Shown here piece by piece: positions 1 to 9,051 of a DNA stretch of 32,000 nt (position 1 is its first letter; every line of letters begins with the position of its first letter). The stretch is from Horticoccus luteus (GTDB taxonomy: Bacteria; Verrucomicrobiota; Verrucomicrobiia; Opitutales; Opitutaceae). The notes under the pieces were generated by a model. The model saw only the letters and a list, made by a program, of their open reading frames with translations. It did not search any database and was not told the origin of the DNA. Made by a program: the position numbers and the translations under genes. Where the stretch lies: contig NZ_CP080507.1 in NCBI RefSeq assembly GCF_019464535.1, positions 2,550,001 through 2,582,000 of the forward strand, read 5' to 3'.

Positions 1-157
1 CGCCACGCGCTTCGGGCAATTCTTCCGCGCCTGCCTCGCCGGCGGCGTTTACTTGCCCCCGAGCGCTTACGAAGCAGGTTTCATCAGCACTGCGCACGAG
101 GGCGCCGCGATCGATCGCGCTTGCACCGTCCTCAGCCGCGCAATCAAGGAACTTTAA
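1..157 (+). CDS. hemL: glutamate-1-semialdehyde 2,1-aminomutase, C-terminal fragment (gene begins upstream of the window)
   Basis: The frame starting at nt 2 reads [51 protein letters not shown], then TAA at 155-157. The FF..L..GVYL.PS..EAGF.S.AH tail matches the conserved HemL C-terminus as I remember it. Confidence 0.65.
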   Translation, partial: ATRFGQFFRACLAGGVYLPPSAYEAGFISTAHEGAAIDRACTVLSRAIKEL

Positions 158-184
158 TTCAATCCCCGCCCACCTAGTCCATCG

Positions 185-1924
185 ATGCGCCGCCTGATCA
201 CTGCCTTTTTTCTCTGCTGTCTCGTTCCCGCCTTTTCATCCGCTCAGGCCGCGCAACCCGTTTCACCCGCCCTCATGCCCCTCGACGCGGTTCGCGCCGG
301 CATGAAGGGCGAGGTCTGGACCGTCTTCCAAGGCACGCAACCCGAGCCGTTCACCGTCGAAGTCGCCGGCGTCGTCCGCAACGCCCTCGGCCCCGGCAAA
401 TCCCTCATCCTCTGCCGCCTCACCGATCCGCGCGTGCAAAACATGGGCGCCGTCGCCGGTATGAGCGGCAGCCCGCTCTACATCGACGGCCAGCTCGCGG
501 GCGCGCTCAGTTACCAGATCCAACGCTTCGAGACCGTCCACTACGCCGGTTTCACGCCCGCGTCCGATCTCGCTGAAGTCGGCGCCAAATCCAGCTCGCC
601 CGGCCTCTCGCCCACGCCCGTCGCCTACGATTCGCCCCGCGGCAGTTATCAACCGCTCCGTCCGGTCTTCACGATCAGCGGGCTCAGCCCGCAAGTCGCC
701 GATCTTTTCGCCCCGCGCCTCGCCGCCCTCGGGCTCTCCGCCGCTTCGCTCGGCGGCAGCACGACCGCCGCAGATCCCGCCGCGCCCGTCACCCCGCTCA
801 AGCCCGGCTCCGCCGTCGCCGTCGCCGTGGCGACCGGCGATGTCACGCTCGCGGCGACCGGCAGCGTTTCCCGCCTCGACGGCCGCCACGTCACGGCGTT
901 CGGTCATCCGCTGCTCACCCTCGGCGATGTCGCACTCCCCATGTGCTCCGCCGAAGTCGTCGCGATTCTGCCTTCGAACCTTCAGTCGATCAAAGTCGCC
1001 AACACCGGCCGCGTCATCGGCACGATTTCCCAGGATCGCCTCTCCGCCGTCTCCGGCACTCTCGGCGCCGGCCCCGACATGATCGCGGTCGACGTCAATG
1101 TCGGCGGCGAAGGCACCACCGCGCGCAAGCTCCACTTCGCGGTCGCGCGTCAACAACAACTCACGCCCACGCTCATCGCGACCGGCGTCACGCAGGCCAT
1201 TCTCGGTTCCAACGACGCCGGCCTCGCCAACGGGTTTCGCCTTCGCAGCAACATCACTTTCGCCGCCCACCAGTCCCTCACCCGCCAATCCCTCTACGCC
1301 GGCCCCCAAGGTTTCGCCCAAGGCCTCAACGACTTCGTCCAAGGCCTCGCCGCCAACCTTCAGAACCCCTACCTGAAAACGTTTCCCGACCACGTGGAGT
1401 TCAACGTCGAGCCCCTCGCCGAAAACCCCGCCATCACGCTCGACCTCTTCCAGCTCTCCCGCACCACCGCGCGCGCCGGCGAAACCGTCACCGCCACCCT
1501 CGCGTGGCGCGACTTTCAAGGCGCCGCCCATCGCCAGACGATCGACGTTCCCATCGACTCCGCCTGGGTCGGTAAAACCCTCGATGTCGTCCTCCTCCCC
1601 GGCCACAACCTCGACGAACTTTCCGGCCGCTCGCGCACGCTCCTCGCCGCCCAACTCCGCAGCTTCAACGCCTACCTCGCCGCCATGCGCGAAGACCGCG
1701 AGGCCGACGGCGTTTACCTCGCCGTCCTCGAAAAAGGCCGCGTCTTCACCGACGAAACCCAAAGCACCACCGACCTTCCCGGCTCCTTCGAACGCATCGC
1801 GCGCACCGCCGACGAAACGCGTTTCCAAAACCGCGACGCCCTCGTGCCGCTCTGGGAAAAACATCTCCTTCCCGGCAAGCTCACCGGCTCCGCCTACCGT
1901 CGCACGCTCCAGGTCGTCGAGTGA
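185..1924 (+). CDS. secreted S55 (SpoIVB-like) serine peptidase-domain protein with a long C-terminal region of unknown function
   Basis: 579-aa ORF with signal peptide MRRLITAFFLCCLVPAFSSAQA. GAVAGMSGSPLYIDGQLAGALSY resembles the SpoIVB catalytic-serine segment (GMSGSPI..G..IGAV, from memory). The overlapping 533-aa antisense ORF is G/A/E/R-rich and has no motifs. Confidence 0.65.
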   Translation: MRRLITAFFLCCLVPAFSSAQAAQPVSPALMPLDAVRAGMKGEVWTVFQGTQPEPFTVEVAGVVRNALGPGKSLILCRLTDPRVQNMGAVAGMSGSPLYIDGQLAGALSYQIQRFETVHYAGFTPASDLAEVGAKSSSPGLSPTPVAYDSPRGSYQPLRPVFTISGLSPQVADLFAPRLAALGLSAASLGGSTTAADPAAPVTPLKPGSAVAVAVATGDVTLAATGSVSRLDGRHVTAFGHPLLTLGDVALPMCSAEVVAILPSNLQSIKVANTGRVIGTISQDRLSAVSGTLGAGPDMIAVDVNVGGEGTTARKLHFAVARQQQLTPTLIATGVTQAILGSNDAGLANGFRLRSNITFAAHQSLTRQSLYAGPQGFAQGLNDFVQGLAANLQNPYLKTFPDHVEFNVEPLAENPAITLDLFQLSRTTARAGETVTATLAWRDFQGAAHRQTIDVPIDSAWVGKTLDVVLLPGHNLDELSGRSRTLLAAQLRSFNAYLAAMREDREADGVYLAVLEKGRVFTDETQSTTDLPGSFERIARTADETRFQNRDALVPLWEKHLLPGKLTGSAYRRTLQVVE

Positions 1925-4239
1925 CGCCCCGGCGTCCGTCCTTTCTCTTCATGCCCTCTTTCTTTCGCGCCTCGCTCGCGTCCCTCGTCCTCGGTGTTTC
2001 CACGGCTGTTGCGTCCACCGCCATCGCCGCCGGTCCGCTCTCCAACCGCCACAACGTCGACTTTTTCCGCGACGTCCCGAGCCGCAATCTCCACGGCCTC
2101 GCCACGCGCTCCGACGGCCGCCTCGTCGCCGGCCCCGTCCTCACCGATCTCGCCGGCCCCCTCCCCGCCGAACTCCTGTGGAATCTCGAACCCGCCACCG
2201 ACGGCAAGTGGCTCGCCGGCTCCGGCCCCGATGGGCGCATCCTCGAATTAACCGTCACCACCCACTCCGCCGCGAACGCCTCCTCCGGCCCGAGCTTCAC
2301 CAGCCGCACGTGGGCCAAGCTCGACGACTCCCAAGTTTTCGCCGTCCACCGTTTCGCCGACGGCACCGTCCTCGCCGGCACCTCACCCAAAGGCTCGCTC
2401 TCCCTCCTCACCGCGACCGGCACCGTCGTCGCGCGCGTGCTCCTGCCAGCCGACTCCGTTTTTGATTTTCTCCCCTCGCCCGACGGCCGCGAAGTCCTCG
2501 TCGCCACCGGCAATCCCGGCCGCATCTACGCCGTCGACCTCGCCCGCTTCGCGAAAGCCGGTCTCGCCACCGAAAAACTCACCGACGACGCCGCGCTCGC
2601 CGCCCACGGCCTCCGCCTCTGGAGCGAGATCCGCGACCGCAACGTCCGCCGCCTCATCCGCGTCGGCGATCACGTCGTCGCCGGCTCCGCGCCCCGCGGT
2701 AACATCTACCAGTTTCCCGCCACCGGCGGCGCGCCATTGCTCCTCCAGGAAAATCGCGACGCCGAAGTCACCGACCTCCTGCCCGACGACCACGGCGGCG
2801 TTTACGCGAGCATCGTCTTTTCGGGCGGACCGACCGCGATCCGCCTCAACCCCGTGCTCAAGAATCCGAAAGCCAACGACGACGACAGCTCCGACGACCT
2901 GCCCTCTCTCCTGGAAAAATTCACCGGCCGCAGCTCCCTCGTCTGGTTTCCCGCCGACGGTTTTCCCGAAACCCTCAGCTCCCGCAACAACACCGGCTTT
3001 TACCGCCTCGCCCGTCACGACAACGTCCTCCTCGTCGCCGGCGGCGAACAAGGCGAACTCCTCGGCTACGATCTCACGCGCCGCACCTCGCTCACGTTTG
3101 CCGGCAGCGCGTCCGCGCAACTCAACGCCCTCGCCGCGCTCCCCGGCGCACCCGGCCGTTTTCTCGTTTTGCGCAACAACACCCCCGGCCTCGCCCTGCT
3201 CGATTTTACCAGCGCCGCTCCGCGCTCGGCCGAGACTCGCCGCCTCGACCTCGGCTCGCCCGCCCGGCTCGGCGCGCTCCGCTTCAACCGCGTCCGCTCC
3301 GTCGACGAAAGCCAGCTCGCCCTCGAAGCCCGCGCCAGCAATGGCACCGATGAAGCCGAGGGCTGGACGCCGTGGACTCCTCTCGCGTTCGCCGACGGCG
3401 GCTGGCGTCCCGCCACCCCGTTGCGCGGCCGCTATGTGAAGCTGCGTCTCCGCGTTCCCCCGGCCGCTTCCGCCGTCGAACTCGACAAAGCCGACCTCTA
3501 CTCGCTCCCGCAAAACCGCCGCCCGCAGCTCGCCGATTTTCGCATCCTCACGCCCAATCTTGCCCTCATTCCGCAACCCGACTCCGCGCCCTCCGCCAGC
3601 ATCACGCTCGGTCAAGTCCTCAACGCGTCCGGCAACAGCGACAAAGACCGCCACCACGATTCCCTGCTTGCGAGCCAGCTCGTCCCCGCTCCCGGCAATC
3701 AACTGATCACGTGGAACGTCACCGATCCCGACAACGACGAGGTGACGTGCACCGTTTCCATTCGTCACGACGGCGATTCCGCCTGGATCGACCTCGCGCG
3801 CAACACCAGCGATTCCTACGTGCAGTTCGATACCACGCATCTCCCCGAAGGCCTCTACTTCACCCGCCTCGTCGCCACCGAACAGGCCCCGCGCCCCGCC
3901 GCTGATCGCCTGCAAACCACCTTCGAGACCGACGACCTGCTCATCGACCGCACGCCCCCCGAAATCTCCGCCGCCACCGTCACGCGCGATGGCGACACCA
4001 CCAAAGTCACCGTCCGCGGTCGCGATGCACTGTCGCTGCTCGAAGCCCTCGAAGTGAATTTCAACAACGGCGCGAAAGACACCGTCGAGCAACCCGCCGA
4101 CGGTATTCTCGACGGCCGCGAAGAAACCTTCGTGTTGGAAATTCCATCCGCGCGCCTCGCCGGCGCCACGTCCGTCGAAGTCATTCTCTACGACGCCGCC
4201 GGCAACAGCTCCGCCCGCCGCCTCCCCCTCGCGCCGTAA
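1921..4239 (+). CDS. secreted hypothetical protein, propeller-like N-terminal part and Ig-like C-terminal modules
   Basis: 772-aa ORF. The GTG start overlaps the upstream stop (GTGA at 1921-1924); an alternative ATG lies at 1951. It has a hydrophobic signal-like segment LASLVLGVSTAVASTAIAA. Recurring blade-like motifs are SDGRLVAG, TDGKWLAGSGPDGRILE, ADGTVLAGTSPKG and PDGREVLVATGNPGRIY. I recognise no catalytic motif. Confidence 0.6.
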   Translation: MTPRRPSFLFMPSFFRASLASLVLGVSTAVASTAIAAGPLSNRHNVDFFRDVPSRNLHGLATRSDGRLVAGPVLTDLAGPLPAELLWNLEPATDGKWLAGSGPDGRILELTVTTHSAANASSGPSFTSRTWAKLDDSQVFAVHRFADGTVLAGTSPKGSLSLLTATGTVVARVLLPADSVFDFLPSPDGREVLVATGNPGRIYAVDLARFAKAGLATEKLTDDAALAAHGLRLWSEIRDRNVRRLIRVGDHVVAGSAPRGNIYQFPATGGAPLLLQENRDAEVTDLLPDDHGGVYASIVFSGGPTAIRLNPVLKNPKANDDDSSDDLPSLLEKFTGRSSLVWFPADGFPETLSSRNNTGFYRLARHDNVLLVAGGEQGELLGYDLTRRTSLTFAGSASAQLNALAALPGAPGRFLVLRNNTPGLALLDFTSAAPRSAETRRLDLGSPARLGALRFNRVRSVDESQLALEARASNGTDEAEGWTPWTPLAFADGGWRPATPLRGRYVKLRLRVPPAASAVELDKADLYSLPQNRRPQLADFRILTPNLALIPQPDSAPSASITLGQVLNASGNSDKDRHHDSLLASQLVPAPGNQLITWNVTDPDNDEVTCTVSIRHDGDSAWIDLARNTSDSYVQFDTTHLPEGLYFTRLVATEQAPRPAADRLQTTFETDDLLIDRTPPEISAATVTRDGDTTKVTVRGRDALSLLEALEVNFNNGAKDTVEQPADGILDGREETFVLEIPSARLAGATSVEVILYDAAGNSSARRLPLAP

Positions 4240-4430
4240 TTCCAACGCCTCCCGGTTTGCAGACTGTAGGCGCGTCTCTTGTCCGCGCCTAGCTGTCGAC
4301 CGTCCGTTCACTGCGCCCGTCACCTTTTGTTGCGGCGCAACGCCTCGCCCGCCGCGAGAATTCTTGCTGAATTTTCAATCCGCGCGGTTATCTCCGGACC
4401 CATTCTGCGTCTCCATTCGCTCCCGCGCTG

Positions 4431-7400
4431 ATGACCGCCCCCTCACGTTTCCTGCGCTGCTGTCTGCTGTTTTTGGCTCTCGGCTCCTCCGTGTTTGCCA
4501 GCGAAGACACCTCGCGCGTGGTCAACCTTTCCACCCGCGGCCAGGCGGGTGTTAACGATAACGCCATGATCGCCGGATTCGTTATCGGCCCCGGCGCGCC
4601 CAAAACGGTTCTCATTCGCGCTGTCGGCCCCGGTCTTGCCACAGTCGCCCCCGATCTCGCGCCGCTCACCGTCACCGATCCTGTCGTCACCCTTTACCAA
4701 GGCGGCACGCCGCTCGCCACCAACGCCGCCTGGCTCGCCGCCGATGCGGACACCATGGCCGCCGTCGGCGCATTTCCGCTGCAAGCCGGCAGCCACGACG
4801 CCGCCGTCGTGCAGACACTCCAACCCGGCGCTTATACCGCCGTGGTCAACGGCTCCGCCACCGCCCGCAATCTCGCCCTCGTCGAGGTCTACGAAGTCTC
4901 CGCCGGCACGTCTCATTTGCTGAATCTTTCCACGCGCGCGCCCGTCGGCACTGGCGATAAAACCCTCATCGCGGGCCTCGTCATCGCGCCCGACAAAGGC
5001 CCCCGCCGCCTCCTCATCCGCGCCGCCGGCCCCGCTCTCGCCGCCATCGCTCCCGGCTTCACGGGCGAACTCGCCGACCCACTCCTCGTCGTCCGCGATG
5101 CCCACGGTGTTGCCCTCGCCACCAACGACGACTGGGGCTCCGTCGCCACATCCGCCGGCCTCGCCGCCGCGTTTTCCGCCGTCGGCGCATTTCCATTTCC
5201 TGATGCCAGCCACGATGCTGCCCTCCTCGGCGATTTTCCTCCGGGCGCCTACACGGTCACTGTCTCCGGCGTCGGCGACACCACCGGCATCGCACTGGCG
5301 GAAGTCTACGACGTCACGCCTGCAGAGCCTACCACCGTCACGCTCAGCGTCGACCGCACCAGCACCGACGAGGGCAATGTCACACCGCTCCAATTCACCT
5401 TCACGCGCGACGGCGACTCCACCGCCCCGCTGACCGTTTACTACACCGCCGGCGGGACCGCCACCAATGGCGCCGATTACACCTCACTGCCGGGCAGCCT
5501 CGTCATTCCCGCTGGCGCGACGTCCGCCACCGTCCTGGTCGTTCCCGTTGCCGACTTCGAGACCGAGCCCGACGAAACCCTTCAACTTTCCCTGCAGCCC
5601 GCCGCGAGCTACTCGCCCGGCGCAACGTCCACCGCAACTGTCACTCTCGCGGATCGCCCGCCCTCCCTCTTCGTCGCCGATCTCCGCGCCGGTGATTCTT
5701 CCACCTCGATCGCTTCGGGCACCGCCACCCTCCTGCTCAGCGCCAACGCCTCGACGATCAGCGTCTCCCTGAGTTTCGCCGGCCTCAGTTCGCCCGAGAC
5801 GGTCACCTACGTCCGCCTCGGCGACCCCGGCACCATTGGCGAGGAACTTTTCCGCCTGCCGATCGGCCAAGTCGATTCTGCCACGTGGACCATCAAAGCC
5901 GTCGGGACGCTCGCCCTCGACGATGTCGTCGCCGCCCTGCGCGCCGGCCGCTTCTTCGTCAACGTCCAGACGGAGGCGTTTCCCACCGGCGAAATCCGCG
6001 GCCAGTTCATCCAGAGCAATGGTTCCCAAACCTTCACCGCGCCCTCCGACCCGCCCGCCGTCGATCTTGCCAGCATCACCGACACAGATGCCGCGCGCTT
6101 CCTCACGCAGGCGACGTTCGGCGTCACCGCCGACGACATCGCGAACTTGAAGCAGCAGGGTTACGCCGCCTGGTTCGCCGCGCAGCTCGCTCAACCCGCC
6201 TCCAACCACCGCGCGAAGCTGCTCGCCGACTTTAATCTCAATCCCAACGGCGGGCAGCAATCCGTCAACGGCACCCCGACGCGCCCCGGCTCGGTCCATC
6301 GCCGCTCCGCTTGGTGGCAGATCGCCGTCCGCGGCCCCGACCAGCTCCGCCAGCGCGTCGCCTTCGCGTTGAGCGAACTGTTTGTCGTCTCCGACGTCGA
6401 CGGAGCGATCAACAACAACCAGGAAGCTCTCGCGAACTACAACGACGTCCTCGCCGCTGACGCCCTCGGCAACTTCCGCACGCTGCTCGAAGACGTCACG
6501 CTCAGCCCGATGATGGGCGTTTATCTGAGCCATCTGCGCAACGCCAAAGCCGACCCCGTCACCGGCGCGCAGCCCGATGAGAACTACGCCCGCGAGGTCA
6601 TGCAGCTCTTCACCATCGGCCTCTCCCAACTCCAGCCCGACGGCACGCTCAAACTCGATGCCTCCGGCCGCCCCGTGCCGACCTACGATCAAACCACGGT
6701 CACAGCGATGGCGCGCGTCTTCACCGGCTGGGCCTTCCATAATACTAATCCCACCTCCCGCAATTTCCGCACGAGCCCCGCCAACTATATCGATCCGATG
6801 ACGCTCTATTCGGATTACCATGACACCGATGCCAAAACCATCGTCGGCGGTCTTCAACTTCCAGCCGGGCAAACCGGCACGCAGGATCTGCACGACGCCC
6901 TCGACGCGCTCTTCAACCACCCCAACACCGGTCCCTTCGTCTGCCGCCAGTTGATCCAACGCCTCGTCACCAGCAATCCCAGCCCCGCCTACGTTTATCG
7001 CGTCGCCCAGGTGTTTGCCAACAACGGCTCCGGCGTCCGCGGCGATCTCGCCGCCGTCGTCCGCGCGATTCTTCTGGATTACGAAGCCCGTTCGAGCGAC
7101 GCCGCCGCGACCGCCAGTTTCGGCAAACTCAAGGAACCTCTCCTGCGCGTCACCGCCCTGCTCCGCGCCGTCGGCGTCACCACGTCCGACGGCCGTTTTC
7201 CGTTCTCCAACACCAACAACAGCCTCAGCGAATCTCCGCTCAGCTCGCCCACGGTCTTCAACTTTTTCCCGCCGTCCTACGTGCAGCCCGGCGACCTCGC
7301 GAGCGCCGGGCTCGTCGCGCCCGAATATCAAATTCTCACTGCCAGCACCGCTATCAGCGTTCCGAATTACCTCTACAATTTCATCACCAACACAACCTAC

Positions 7401-7628
7401 CAGGGCGTCAGCCTCGACTTCGCCCGTCTCCTCCCGCTCGCCGACCAACCCGCCGCGCTCACGGATCAATTGAGCCTCCAACTCGTCGGCAACAGCCTCG
7501 CGCCGGCCACCCGCGACCGCGTCGTCCTCGCGCTCCAGTCGCTCCCCGCTGGCACCAGCAACACCGACCGCGTGCGCACCGCCCTCTACCTCGTCGTCAC
7601 CTCGCCCGATGGTGCCGTGCAAAAATAA
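4431..7628 (+). CDS. secreted multidomain protein: two ~130-aa repeat modules, Calx-beta, CHRD, then a C-terminal DUF1800 domain
   Basis: 1065-aa ORF with signal peptide MTAPSRFLRCCLLFLALGSSVFA. Two modules (about aa 29-155 and 162-295) share NLSTR..G....IAGFVI...P...LIRA.GP.L....DP......NDDW....GAFP...SHDAA....PGAYT..V.G.....ALVEVYEV. Calx-beta-like: LTVYYTAGGTATNGADYTSLPGSLVIPAGATSATVLVVPVADFETEPDETLQLSL. CHRD-like ending: FFVNVQTEAFPTGEIRGQF. DUF1800 hallmarks: AARFLTQATFGVT...WFAAQLAQP and PDENYAREVMQLFTIGL. Confidence 0.85.
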   Translation: MTAPSRFLRCCLLFLALGSSVFASEDTSRVVNLSTRGQAGVNDNAMIAGFVIGPGAPKTVLIRAVGPGLATVAPDLAPLTVTDPVVTLYQGGTPLATNAAWLAADADTMAAVGAFPLQAGSHDAAVVQTLQPGAYTAVVNGSATARNLALVEVYEVSAGTSHLLNLSTRAPVGTGDKTLIAGLVIAPDKGPRRLLIRAAGPALAAIAPGFTGELADPLLVVRDAHGVALATNDDWGSVATSAGLAAAFSAVGAFPFPDASHDAALLGDFPPGAYTVTVSGVGDTTGIALAEVYDVTPAEPTTVTLSVDRTSTDEGNVTPLQFTFTRDGDSTAPLTVYYTAGGTATNGADYTSLPGSLVIPAGATSATVLVVPVADFETEPDETLQLSLQPAASYSPGATSTATVTLADRPPSLFVADLRAGDSSTSIASGTATLLLSANASTISVSLSFAGLSSPETVTYVRLGDPGTIGEELFRLPIGQVDSATWTIKAVGTLALDDVVAALRAGRFFVNVQTEAFPTGEIRGQFIQSNGSQTFTAPSDPPAVDLASITDTDAARFLTQATFGVTADDIANLKQQGYAAWFAAQLAQPASNHRAKLLADFNLNPNGGQQSVNGTPTRPGSVHRRSAWWQIAVRGPDQLRQRVAFALSELFVVSDVDGAINNNQEALANYNDVLAADALGNFRTLLEDVTLSPMMGVYLSHLRNAKADPVTGAQPDENYAREVMQLFTIGLSQLQPDGTLKLDASGRPVPTYDQTTVTAMARVFTGWAFHNTNPTSRNFRTSPANYIDPMTLYSDYHDTDAKTIVGGLQLPAGQTGTQDLHDALDALFNHPNTGPFVCRQLIQRLVTSNPSPAYVYRVAQVFANNGSGVRGDLAAVVRAILLDYEARSSDAAATASFGKLKEPLLRVTALLRAVGVTTSDGRFPFSNTNNSLSESPLSSPTVFNFFPPSYVQPGDLASAGLVAPEYQILTASTAISVPNYLYNFITNTTYQGVSLDFARLLPLADQPAALTDQLSLQLVGNSLAPATRDRVVLALQSLPAGTSNTDRVRTALYLVVTSPDGAVQK

Positions 7629-7638
7629 AACGCCGCTC

Positions 7639-9051
7639 ATGTCCTTCACGCCCGGTCAGCCTCTTTCCCGCCGCAAGTTCCTCGGTTCCTGCTGCGCCGC
7701 CGTCGGCACCACCGGCCTGCTTTCCGCCCTCGCCCAACTCCGCCTCATCGGCGCCATCGCCAGCCCCGGCGCGTCCGCGACCCGCGCGACCGCCGCCGCC
7801 TCCGATTACAAAGCCCTCGTCTGTCTCTTCCTCCAAGGCGGCAACGACGCCAACAATCTCCTCATCCCCAACGACACCGCCGGCTACGCCAGCTACGCCG
7901 CCGCTCGCGGCGCCCTCGTCCTTCCCCAAACCGGCCTCCTCCCGCTTTCACCCCGCACCAGCGACGGCCGCGCCTTTGCGCTCCATCCATCGATGCCGGA
8001 GTTTCAGAACCTCTTCGCCGGTGGTCAGGCCGCCGTCCTCGCCAACGTCGGCACCCTCGTCGTTCCCACGACCAAAGCCCAATACACCGCCAAGTCCGTC
8101 CCGCTGCCCAACCAGTTATTTTCCCACAGCGATCAGCAGGTGGAATGGCAAAGCAGCCTCCCCGACCGTCCGTTCACCACCGGCTGGGGCGGCCGTCTCG
8201 CCGATCTCACCAACGCCTTCAACGAGAACAACACCATCTCGATGTCGATCAGCCTCGCCGGCCAGAACTCCTTTCAAGTCGGCCAGTCCGTCGCCCAATT
8301 TTCCGTCAAAAGCACCGGCCCCGTCGCCCTCAGCGGCTCGTCGCAAAGCAACTCGTCCCTCGCCGGCATCCGCACCCGCGCCCAATCCGACCTCCTCGCC
8401 GCTTCGCAAAGTCACTTGCTCGACACGGCGTTCGGGACCGTCACGCGCGATGCGATTTCCGACAGCGCCCTGCTCGCCGAATACGTCGGCTCCACCGCGG
8501 GAATCCCGTTCTCCACCGTATTTCCCGACAGCAGCCTCGGGCAGCAATTGCAGATGATCGCGCGCCTGATCGCCTCCGCGCCGGCGCTCGGCCTCAAGCG
8601 CCAGGTTTTCTTCGCCGCCCTCGGCGGCTGGGATTTGCACGACTCCCAACTCGTCGCCCACTCCACTCTCCTCGGCGACGTCTCCGCCTCGCTCCAAGCC
8701 TTCTACGCCGCCACCGTCGAACTTGGCGTCGCCTCGCAAGTGACCACGTTCACGGCCTCCGACTTCGGCCGCACCTACAACACCAACGGCGACGGCTCCG
8801 ATCACGGCTGGGGCAGCCATCACCTCGTTGTCGGCGGCGCCGTTCAAGGCCGCGATATTTTCGGTCACGTCCCCGATCTCACCATCAACGGCCCAAACGA
8901 CACCGGCCGCGGTCGCTGGATTCCCACGACGAGTGTCGACGAATACGCCGCCACGCTCGCGACTTGGTTCGGCGTCAGCCCGACCGATCTTCCCATCGTG
9001 CTGCCCAACATCGGCCGTTTCGCGCAACCCAATCTCGGCTTCCTCGGATGA
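7639..9051 (+). CDS. DUF1501 family protein (sulfatase/alkaline-phosphatase-like fold) with a twin-arginine signal
   Basis: ATG at 7639 lies 10 nt after the upstream TAA (7626-7628). The track start at 7609 would overlap the upstream gene. Tat-type signal: SRRKFLGSCCAAVGTTGLL. LVCLFLQGGNDANN, GGWDLHD and SDFGRTYNTNGDGSDHGWG are typical DUF1501 motifs. Confidence 0.9.
   Translation: MSFTPGQPLSRRKFLGSCCAAVGTTGLLSALAQLRLIGAIASPGASATRATAAASDYKALVCLFLQGGNDANNLLIPNDTAGYASYAAARGALVLPQTGLLPLSPRTSDGRAFALHPSMPEFQNLFAGGQAAVLANVGTLVVPTTKAQYTAKSVPLPNQLFSHSDQQVEWQSSLPDRPFTTGWGGRLADLTNAFNENNTISMSISLAGQNSFQVGQSVAQFSVKSTGPVALSGSSQSNSSLAGIRTRAQSDLLAASQSHLLDTAFGTVTRDAISDSALLAEYVGSTAGIPFSTVFPDSSLGQQLQMIARLIASAPALGLKRQVFFAALGGWDLHDSQLVAHSTLLGDVSASLQAFYAATVELGVASQVTTFTASDFGRTYNTNGDGSDHGWGSHHLVVGGAVQGRDIFGHVPDLTINGPNDTGRGRWIPTTSVDEYAATLATWFGVSPTDLPIVLPNIGRFAQPNLGFLG

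Noticed and set aside
263-1864. 533-aa minus-strand ORF antisense to the S55-like peptidase gene
   Set aside because: Its G/A/E/R/D-rich composition is typical of the antisense frame of a high-GC gene. It has no signal peptide or recognisable motif, whereas the plus-strand frame has a signal peptide and a GMSGSP motif.
4267-4291. 8-bp GC hairpin TAGGCGCG-N9-CGCGCCTA downstream of the 772-aa gene
   Set aside because: No U-tract follows it and the stem is modest. I cannot support calling it a terminator. It is noted only as a possible transcript-end structure.
2383-4323. 646-aa minus-strand ORF antisense to the 772-aa secreted protein gene
   Set aside because: It has the same G/A/E/R-rich antisense signature. 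The plus-strand frame has natural composition and is translationally coupled to the upstream gene.
5484-7649. 721-aa minus-strand ORF antisense to the DUF1800 multidomain gene
   Set aside because: It is an antisense artefact. The plus-strand frame contains clear Calx-beta, CHRD and DUF1800 motifs.
8145-9047. N-terminal 301 codons of the 470-aa plus-strand ORF 8145..9557, and the 8116..9156 minus-strand ORF
   Set aside because: These are R/P-rich sequences in alternative frames of the well-supported DUF1501 gene. Only the last 169 codons, from the ATG at 9048, look like a real protein.
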